Shown: positions 56,508 through 64,000 of the stretch, piece by piece | Layout of the letters: the number at the start of each line of letters is the position of its first letter | How positions within the stretch are numbered: the stretch's first letter is position 1 | Sequence record: NC_042098.1 | Direction: 5' to 3' (one strand) | DNA length: 64,000 nt | Made by a program: the position numbers and the translations under genes | Notes under the pieces: generated by a model | Seen by the model: only the letters and a program-made list of their open reading frames with translations | What the model was told of the DNA's origin: nothing | Database searches by the model: none

Positions 56508-57578
56508 ATGGCTGGAGTGGATATTGGGCAATCGATTCAAAACTCGATTAAGGCAGCAGGTTCAGTAACAACCAACGCCGTGAACAAAGTTCAATCAACT
56601 TTTGTCGGAGGCGTGAAAGAAGACCTGGCATTAATCGATGCCAAAGCGAAGTCAGCGGTACAAACCCTGAACTCGTTTAAAGATACCCAGATTGGTGCGA
56701 TCGATGGCTTTATCAAGAAAGTCTCCGGGGGTGCACTCAGCATCTCTGAACTCTCGAGCATCATCGACGTACGCAATGGCATCAGCATTGACTACCAGCG
56801 CCTCTATCGTCGCTTAGGGGACGCGGCGGGTTTCCCGATGGATTCAATCATTGGGATGACAGCTGATCTTAAAATGGAAGTGGCGAATCTCCTTGATGCC
56901 TATTCCAGCAAGAACTACACCTACCTGCTTAATAAAGCCGGGGTGAAGATCGGGGTCAATGACTCAAGCTATCAAGCGGCACAGTTGATTGCTGGCGTGA
57001 TCAGTAAGATGTCCAAGTCGGACTCTGACTTTAATACCATGGTGGATGAAGCAGCGCAACTGGCACTATTGAATGTCATGGTGCGTAATGCGGTGCAGGT
57101 CGGACTCTGGTCAGGGATTGATACCTTACTGGGTCAGTACACTGATAAAGCAGCCGGGATCACCAATCTGGCGACCTGTGCCCAGATCTCGATTCGGGGC
57201 GGCGATGTCTTTACCACCAAGTACATCATTGACACCGTCGGGATTGCGCGGGTCACTGCACTGAACACCGATTTCCTGACTGACATGTTACGCTACTTTA
57301 AGTTCAAGAGTGATGTGACTGCGGATCAGTACGCGAACTACCTGGCAACGTTGACTTACTGCTTACAACAGGCCGAAGCGGATTGGGCATATATGCAGTT
57401 CGGGACAGTGCGGGCATTGCGGTTAAAGCCGTTCACCAATGCGTCAACGGATGCGATCACTCTGTTCCAGCATACTGACGAATACCGTCAGCACGTCATG
57501 ATTGCCCGGACTTATCCACCCCGTGATCTGATGGATTTACTGAAACAGAATTACCCGTACATGGCTGTCGTGCAATAA
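56508..57578 (+). CDS. putative virion structural protein
   Basis: gagg RBS before ATG 56508; role inferred from context. Confidence 0.55.
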   Translation: MAGVDIGQSIQNSIKAAGSVTTNAVNKVQSTFVGGVKEDLALIDAKAKSAVQTLNSFKDTQIGAIDGFIKKVSGGALSISELSSIIDVRNGISIDYQRLYRRLGDAAGFPMDSIIGMTADLKMEVANLLDAYSSKNYTYLLNKAGVKIGVNDSSYQAAQLIAGVISKMSKSDSDFNTMVDEAAQLALLNVMVRNAVQVGLWSGIDTLLGQYTDKAAGITNLATCAQISIRGGDVFTTKYIIDTVGIARVTALNTDFLTDMLRYFKFKSDVTADQYANYLATLTYCLQQAEADWAYMQFGTVRALRLKPFTNASTDAITLFQHTDEYRQHVMIARTYPPRDLMDLLKQNYPYMAVVQ

Positions 57579-57582
57579 CCAA

Positions 57583-57628
57583 CATAAGGAGAGGGCCAGC
57601 GCCCTCTCCTCTATGCCGTCTTTCTTTT
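57583..57628. terminator. bidirectional terminator
   Basis: cataaggagagggc-cagc-gccctctcctctatgccg between convergent genes. Confidence 0.8.
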
Positions 57629-58345
57629 TTATGCCGACCCTATTAGCTCTAACACTGGGCGCCAATGCATATTGCTAGCGGTATAATTTTTGTTAGTATT
57701 ACCGCTTTTGGTAACAGCGCTGTACGGTCCAATGTTGTTACTTGTGACGTTGACTTGTGTTTCCTGACACTGTATAAGTGTCGAGGATACAGCTAAGTTG
57801 ATCGAAGCCCACTTTTCCCCTGACTCAGTTTGCGCGGCAGTAGTCTCGCTGGCAATATGGAACATGGTGCGACCCCATTCTGATGTTTTCTCAATCGCAT
57901 TAGGGGGGTAGGCCAATGGGTCTGCTAAACCACATTTTGGTAATCGTACCAGAAACTTATAACCAAGAAAGGTGATGGTCTTATTCTGCGGCACTAATGG
58001 CGTTGCTGGGTATGGGTATTTGCCCGGCCCTGCGATGCCATACACCATCCCTTTGGCATACAGCTGCTCCCAACTACACGAATTTATCATAGTGGCAGTA
58101 GGAATGAACAAGATTTTACCATCAACAACAAACTTCGCCCATGTGACGCCGCTGTTATATACGGTCCCATTGTTAAAACCGGTTAAGGAGCGTAGCGTTG
58201 CAGTATCTATAAACTGGCTAGGTGGGATCGTGCCGTAATATCCGGTTTCATACCCTGGACTGGGATTGTAATAGTTGAGTAGGGTTGCTGGACCCGGTCC
58301 AGTACCCACTAACTTTTTCCCACCAAAAAATAACATTTCTAACAT
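57629..58345 (-). CDS. putative virion structural protein of a jumbo-phage paralogue family
   Basis: MLEMLFFGG start; GYYG, WAKF.VDGKILFIP, SWEQLY..G.VYG, SEW. Confidence 0.6.
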   Translation of the reverse strand: MLEMLFFGGKKLVGTGPGPATLLNYYNPSPGYETGYYGTIPPSQFIDTATLRSLTGFNNGTVYNSGVTWAKFVVDGKILFIPTATMINSCSWEQLYAKGMVYGIAGPGKYPYPATPLVPQNKTITFLGYKFLVRLPKCGLADPLAYPPNAIEKTSEWGRTMFHIASETTAAQTESGEKWASINLAVSSTLIQCQETQVNVTSNNIGPYSAVTKSGNTNKNYTASNMHWRPVLELIGSA

Positions 58346-58470
58346 AGCGTTAACCTTGGTTAAAGACGTTCATAGAATCTACAGGAAGTCTAGGTCATGC
58401 ACCGAGAATAAGGTGAGGGAGTGGCGTTTGCCACTCCCTTCCACCTATGCTGTTTTTTTTTGTTGAAGGA

Positions 58471-60459
58471 TCAGTTGCGGTACGTACCCTCGACAAAGGC
58501 GCTGATAGCTTGCCCGACCAGCGAGGACGAGAAGGTTGCAGCCATTTGGGTTGGGGACACCCACTGTTTCACATCAAGCTGGGTCTTGGCTAACACGCGT
58601 GCCAATTTGTCTGAACGGTAGATCTGTTCATTCAATCCCATACCAGACAGCACCGCCAGGTAGTCGGAGTAGTTGTTGTCATCGGTCATGAGCTTAGCCG
58701 CTGCACGGGCCGGGTTGGTTAAGTCACCCGGGTTCAACGCAGGATCGATCGGTGCATGCAGCATTGGTGACATATCGGCCACCGAGAACGTCACGTCAAT
58801 CCCCAAAGGATGTTTGTCTTTGTTCCAGCCCACGTTACCCACACCACGTTGAATACTCATTGAGTCGATCATCCCTAAACGGGTTTGTGAGCGACCTTTT
58901 GAATACGCTTCGACTAAGAACGGTGAGGTATAGGCCTGAGCGCCCACAGAACGCGGCAGGACCATGTTTAACAAACAAACCAAGGGAATGATCAGGTTCT
59001 GGATGCGTGCCACTGGGTGACCGTACGGAGAGCGTAGATTGATGGTGTACGTTTCCCGGGGTAGTGACGCAGTCGAGCCTGTCCAGTGTTGTGGGATCTC
59101 AATATAACCTTGGCCCAGCATCAGGTTAACAATCCCACCAAGACTGGTGCCGGATGCATAACCTTGGACTACCTGCATACTGGAGTCAATCAAGGCATCG
59201 ATCGGTGCAAAGCCAGTCTTACCGCCGCCGGCCATGAAGCGAGCATCCTGTGCTGCAGTAGACGCGCCGTTCAGTATTCCGGTTAACTGGTTCTCACCAA
59301 ACGAACTCTGGAAGGATTCTCCGATCGCGCCGTTATGGTTCACCTTGAAACCAATAAAGGAACCGCCATCCCGCAACTCCGATTCCATGTGGTCGAGTAC
59401 ACTGTTAAAGAACCCAGTGGATTTCTCCACATCTGTGACCGACGCAGCATCACCGGTGGCAGTTGGTGCAGTTACTCCGGTATCGCCATCAGCATCCGTG
59501 GTGTAGTTCCCCGCCCCTTCCATCCCGGTACCAGACGGATCTTTCACCTGACCCAATCCCGAACTGAAGTAGGATTGCAGATACGTGGTCAGATTAGACT
59601 CTGGGCTGTCGCCAGCCGGATCGGTCCATTCGTTACCGTGTTTGTTAATCGCCCGGATCGCACTGTTACGTTCCGTTACCGAAGAGGACTCGATACGCTG
59701 GGCCAGTGCTTTCTGCCAACGAATGTGTTTACGGTTTGCACGGTTAGCAAGATAGAAAAGGTCAACAGAACCATCAGCACGCCACAAACCAGGCAACATG
59801 TTCGCAAGCAGTTTACGCTCGTTCGGTGTGTAAGCAGAGAAGTCAAACGTTTGTTCCTTAGCCTGAGCATGACGTGTACGGAATGCCGGTGGGATAATCC
59901 CCATGTTGATCATGATGGCGTTCAACATATTGGTGCAGGATTTCCAATAGAGCGGCATCGCGTTTTTGGAGTAATAGAACTTGGATTTCGGAATCCCCAT
60001 CAGCCAGGTAACTGTGGTATAGGTGACCGAGATGGCCTGCAGTGGCCAGTGCACAATCGCTGACGCCGCTTCGGCAAAGTGGAACAACCAACCCGGGGCA
60101 CGACCAGTACGCGCCAGGTAGGCGGCATTGGCATCAAACATGTTGGCCAGGAAACTGAAGATCCCGTTGAACTCCGGCACCCCCATACGGAAATAGACCA
60201 CATCGGCATTGTCATCAATGTTAGCACTATAGTCCGACCCCATTCCACCAAACTGATCATTCCACCAACGACTGGCACGAATGTCACAGCTCGGCGACCA
60301 CTGAGGCGGTGGGTTAATCCAGAAGTTACCACCCGGGGTTGTGTCTGTGAATTTGTTTCGGGCCTTCTGATATTGCCTACGGTCTTTTAACCCGTCATCA
60401 ATATTTACACCAGAAAGCATAAATGCCTGTTGTAAATAATCATGGTCTTTAATGTTCAT
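58471..60459 (-). CDS. putative virion structural (baseplate/tail) protein
   Basis: long ORF downstream of the lytic tail gene; GMIDSMSIQRG..W pattern reminiscent of phiKZ-like tail/baseplate proteins. Confidence 0.55.
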   Translation of the reverse strand: MNIKDHDYLQQAFMLSGVNIDDGLKDRRQYQKARNKFTDTTPGGNFWINPPPQWSPSCDIRASRWWNDQFGGMGSDYSANIDDNADVVYFRMGVPEFNGIFSFLANMFDANAAYLARTGRAPGWLFHFAEAASAIVHWPLQAISVTYTTVTWLMGIPKSKFYYSKNAMPLYWKSCTNMLNAIMINMGIIPPAFRTRHAQAKEQTFDFSAYTPNERKLLANMLPGLWRADGSVDLFYLANRANRKHIRWQKALAQRIESSSVTERNSAIRAINKHGNEWTDPAGDSPESNLTTYLQSYFSSGLGQVKDPSGTGMEGAGNYTTDADGDTGVTAPTATGDAASVTDVEKSTGFFNSVLDHMESELRDGGSFIGFKVNHNGAIGESFQSSFGENQLTGILNGASTAAQDARFMAGGGKTGFAPIDALIDSSMQVVQGYASGTSLGGIVNLMLGQGYIEIPQHWTGSTASLPRETYTINLRSPYGHPVARIQNLIIPLVCLLNMVLPRSVGAQAYTSPFLVEAYSKGRSQTRLGMIDSMSIQRGVGNVGWNKDKHPLGIDVTFSVADMSPMLHAPIDPALNPGDLTNPARAAAKLMTDDNNYSDYLAVLSGMGLNEQIYRSDKLARVLAKTQLDVKQWVSPTQMAATFSSSLVGQAISAFVEGTYRN

Positions 60460-60521
60460 TCACCAACTCCGAATGATTAAGAATAAGAAGGCGGGGCATG
60501 ACCCCCGCCTGATGTTACTGA

Positions 60522-63500
60522 CTAGCCATTACCGTATTTGCGAGCAAAGCTCACCGGTGGTGTACCAGCACCACTGGCAGGTGCTTGCGGTGCCGCCGGT
60601 GCAGGTTTGTTCAACATCTGGGTTTGCACCGCAATGAACTGCTTCATGATCTCAACCAACGAGTTCATGTTATTGTCGATGTTCGCCAGGTGGTCTTTAC
60701 TGCCAGAGATCGCCGCAGCAGACTCTTTCGGTAAGACCGGTACGGGTGCCGGTGCAGGGGTAACTGTCGTGACCTGCGGGGCATTAGGAACCTGCCCTTG
60801 GGTCGGTTGCATGCGAGGAGGTGTGTTAAGGGTTGGGGTGGTTGGTGTTGGCGTAGACGCATCAGCGGCTGCTTGCTTATCGATAGCCGATGCCGTGGAG
60901 TCTTTGGCATTCGGTGTCGATGAACCTGCAGAAACGGCTGCTGCTACACTTGGTCCGCTTGTTGACTTCAATGCTGGCGCATCGCCCTGGCCCGGAGGTG
61001 GTGCTACGGTATTAACCGCAGATGCACCCGGTGCAGTCAGCTCAGCTGCCGTCTTCGCACCCGACAATGCCGGAGTAGAAGGTCCGCTCTGTGCTTGACC
61101 GGATGCCAAGGTTTGTGCCTGGTTATCTTCAGCTGCATCACCTTGTGGGCCAGCAGACTGATCTTTACCCGAGAGAATGTCATCAAACTTCCCAGTCCCC
61201 ATTAGATCCGTATACTGTTTGAACAACTGACCACGTTCAGCTAAACCGTGTGTCCCGCCGTTGACCAATTTGGTAACAGTATTCAGATCCCCTTTCTTCG
61301 CAGCTTCCTCAATCCCATTACGCGACTTCCAATACCACAGTGCTGACTTCGCAGCCATGGTTGGGTCAGTCGAGATTTTATCGGGATCGGACACCAGGTC
61401 AACGCCAAGGCCTTTACTGGCGGCTGCGTAGTTGGCTTTACCGGTCAGCTGCATGAAGCCACGTCCACGGTACTTCCAACCATCACCTGGTTTGTCGTTC
61501 CCCATACGACCGCCGTAGATCGAGTTGGCAATCGCCACTGGACCCGCTGTCGCTAACTGCTGCGCAGCTGCCAGGGTGGGGAAGCGGTTAGGCCAGAGCC
61601 TCATCAGAGTCTCTGCTTTATAACGCAGGTTCTCTTCGAGTTTGCTAAAGCCTCCGGACTCCAGGTGAGTCTGGGCCAAGAGCATGGCGAGTTCTTGTTT
61701 ATCCGTAATGCCGGACTTCATGGCTTCACGAATCAAGATACGCGCACCCTCTTCAGCACCTGGACCTAACTTAATCGGCCCAACCTTCCCGGTGTTGTCA
61801 ATCCCCCCACCTGCACCTGCCGCACCACCTGCCGCACCGCCACCATAGGCTGTCTCGATACGTCCCGTTTCCGGGTTGTATGTTGTTACCTGACGCTGAG
61901 AGGTATAGACTTGACCGGTGCTCGTCTTCACCTGGTTGTTCACCATGTTACCGGACGAGTCCTTACGCCAATCTTTCTCAGTAGTGCCATCGGCCCGTTG
62001 TTGCACACCGCCTTTTACCGCTTCAGCAGAATACTGCGCTTGTTTGACTTGTGCCTTCAGGTTATTCAGGTGGTTTTGAACAACAGAGGCATCATCATTA
62101 AGTTCACCGGTTGACCACGGCGAGGTCTTAATGGTCCAAACAGAGATCGCATTCACGCCATCGCTGTATTTGGCATTGGTCATCGCTGTCGCTGCAGCGA
62201 ACTTCAACTCAGGTGGCATCTTCGGTACAGCAAGCGTCGGTCGACTGTCTCCGGTCTGGGTATAGACCGTGCTGGCAAACGCTAAGTACGCCGGTAAGAA
62301 GCGACGAGTAAACCATGGCTCCCATGATTTGTAAGACCACTGGTTGGATGGACTCAAGCCAAAGCTTGCAGCAACAACCCGGTAGATGTCTGAGGCTTTA
62401 CCGTCAAACGTCGCACCATTATCTGCAAACTTGATCTTGTTCGCCATCACCAGTTCCAACTGCAGGAGTGTCGACACACGATCAACATCCAACGTTGGCA
62501 GGCCATACACTTTCATACGCAGCGCAGTGAGATCATCCATCGGCTGACCGGCTTTAGGCAGTAAGCCACCTAAGAGATCCCCGGCACTGACCACAGTACG
62601 ATCACCGGTAAACCACGACGACTCTTTATGGCCAACCGTTTTCAGCTCAGGGATATCACCATTTGGATTAATGGCTTTGACCATGTCACTGCTGAGTTCA
62701 CGGCTGGAGGCAACCTTATCCATCCCGGTTGCAAAGACCGACGCTGATTTCCCTGTGGTCATCTTCTGAGCTTTGTTGCGCAGACGATCTAGCACATCTT
62801 TTACCAGCGCTTCGGTCTGTTTGCGATCAGTTGCATTCAGATCCGGGAAGATACGGCCGGTAAACATGTACGGGTGATCAGATGACTCATCGAACTGTTG
62901 TGCGCGTTTGGCGATCTCGTACTTCGCAGCTTCATCCGTCGACTTATCCAGATCCATGAAGGCCTGGCTTGGGAGGACTTGTTTCGCCACAGCTTTGTGG
63001 GTCAGGTAAACCGGCTTGAAGCGATGCAAGAACCAACCCGCGAATTGCTCCACTTGATCACGGTCATTCGGGTCATCAACAAACAATGAACCGAGTTGTG
63101 CGATTGGGGCTTTCGGGTCGAGTGAGGCATAGCCATCATCGGTGGTTTTGACATACGGCTCTAACGCTGCTTCCAACTTCAGGATGGCCGAGACATGACT
63201 GGAGTCATTATCCGGGACACCATACTGACGCAGGCGCATCTGCTGCAGTAAGCCCGGGTCATTAAACCAGGTGTATAAAGAACGACCGATAGCGCCGCCC
63301 CCTAATGCACCAATGGCCCCGCCAGCAATAGCACCGATGGCTGTACCAACAACTGGCACGACTGAACCGATAGCGGCACCCATCGCTGCACCACCCAGAA
63401 TACCACCAACACCGGAGCCAGCTGCTTCTGCCACACCTGCGTTATCACCTGCCTTGTACGAATCCCACGCTTCCAGTGCTGAGACCCCGGCTGTGACAAT

Positions 63501-64000
63501 TCCGCCACCTTTGACCAGTAGCTTCAGGTTACCGGCAACACCACGACCCAACATACCGCCTGTACGACCAACGATACCTCGGCCGAGACCACGGACACCA
63601 CGGGCAGCTTTGCCGGCTAAACGACGGATCAATCCACCACGTGGACGAGGGCCACCGCCACCGTCACCACCGCGGTTACGACGACCACCCCGACGCCTGC
63701 GACGCCTGCGACCGCCTTCCTCTTCACCGCCCTCATCATCATCACCGAGCGCATCGCTGAGTTCATCCATGACGCCTTTGCCGCCGGAGATCACACTACC
63801 GATCCCTTTGACAATATCACCGATCCAACCCAGCCCTAAGAACTTGGCCAGCCCACCGAGGATACCGAACTCCTTGATACCGGAGACCAGACCAGTAACG
63901 GAGGAGAACAACCCTGCCACCAATCCAAACAGTGTGGTGGGTTTCTCCTTGTCTTTGGCGTGGTCATCAGAGTCATGTGCGTGTTGGGCTTCTTCACGTT
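60522..64000 (-). CDS. large tail-associated protein with a GH19 (chitinase-like) muramidase domain; 5'-truncated by the window edge
   Basis: LAQTHLESGGF..EENL, YGGRMGN..GDGWKYRGRG.MQLTGKANY, TKLVNGG; the reading frame stays open from 63923 to 64000. Confidence 0.85.
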   Translation of the reverse strand, partial: REEAQHAHDSDDHAKDKEKPTTLFGLVAGLFSSVTGLVSGIKEFGILGGLAKFLGLGWIGDIVKGIGSVISGGKGVMDELSDALGDDDEGGEEEGGRRRRRRRGGRRNRGGDGGGGPRPRGGLIRRLAGKAARGVRGLGRGIVGRTGGMLGRGVAGNLKLLVKGGGIVTAGVSALEAWDSYKAGDNAGVAEAAGSGVGGILGGAAMGAAIGSVVPVVGTAIGAIAGGAIGALGGGAIGRSLYTWFNDPGLLQQMRLRQYGVPDNDSSHVSAILKLEAALEPYVKTTDDGYASLDPKAPIAQLGSLFVDDPNDRDQVEQFAGWFLHRFKPVYLTHKAVAKQVLPSQAFMDLDKSTDEAAKYEIAKRAQQFDESSDHPYMFTGRIFPDLNATDRKQTEALVKDVLDRLRNKAQKMTTGKSASVFATGMDKVASSRELSSDMVKAINPNGDIPELKTVGHKESSWFTGDRTVVSAGDLLGGLLPKAGQPMDDLTALRMKVYGLPTLDVDRVSTLLQLELVMANKIKFADNGATFDGKASDIYRVVAASFGLSPSNQWSYKSWEPWFTRRFLPAYLAFASTVYTQTGDSRPTLAVPKMPPELKFAAATAMTNAKYSDGVNAISVWTIKTSPWSTGELNDDASVVQNHLNNLKAQVKQAQYSAEAVKGGVQQRADGTTEKDWRKDSSGNMVNNQVKTSTGQVYTSQRQVTTYNPETGRIETAYGGGAAGGAAGAGGGIDNTGKVGPIKLGPGAEEGARILIREAMKSGITDKQELAMLLAQTHLESGGFSKLEENLRYKAETLMRLWPNRFPTLAAAQQLATAGPVAIANSIYGGRMGNDKPGDGWKYRGRGFMQLTGKANYAAASKGLGVDLVSDPDKISTDPTMAAKSALWYWKSRNGIEEAAKKGDLNTVTKLVNGGTHGLAERGQLFKQYTDLMGTGKFDDILSGKDQSAGPQGDAAEDNQAQTLASGQAQSGPSTPALSGAKTAAELTAPGASAVNTVAPPPGQGDAPALKSTSGPSVAAAVSAGSSTPNAKDSTASAIDKQAAADASTPTPTTPTLNTPPRMQPTQGQVPNAPQVTTVTPAPAPVPVLPKESAAAISGSKDHLANIDNNMNSLVEIMKQFIAVQTQMLNKPAPAAPQAPASGAGTPPVSFARKYGNG

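Overview
A 64-kb, very gene-dense segment of a lytic jumbo phage of the phiKZ-related (nucleus-forming, Chimalliviridae-like) group. The host is probably enterobacterial: the AmsF-like gene and overall gene set suggest an Erwinia-type jumbo phage, which is inference. Core-type genes are a RecA/UvsX recombinase, RNase HI, a split virion RNA polymerase beta C-terminal subunit, an SF2 helicase, several virion proteins, and a large tail protein with a GH19 muramidase domain that runs off the right edge. Nucleotide-metabolism genes are nrdB (with an upstream NUMOD4-HNH homing endonuclease), tdk, a DHFR fusion and a MazG-like protein. Accessory genes include KptA/Tpt1, a HigA-like HTH protein, DUF1190, a Lar-like protein, an HslU-like ATPase and many small membrane proteins. 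The non-coding grammar is clear: nine copies of an early-promoter-like motif CCTAYATTAC-N4-G(T/G)GAT, and many hairpin terminators followed by TATGC(C/T). The most interesting candidates are (1) a SLOG / DarG-like macrodomain / NADAR-SLOG three-gene module; (2) an unannotated 47-aa ORF resembling a free-standing NrdA C-terminal CxxC tail; (3) a probably inactive prohead-protease paralogue; (4) two Cys-His-Asp enzyme paralogues; and (5) a shared N-terminal M(F/L)E(M/L)L tag on five virion-type proteins. No tRNA, rRNA or CRISPR array was recognised. All family assignments come from motif recognition by eye; no database search was run.
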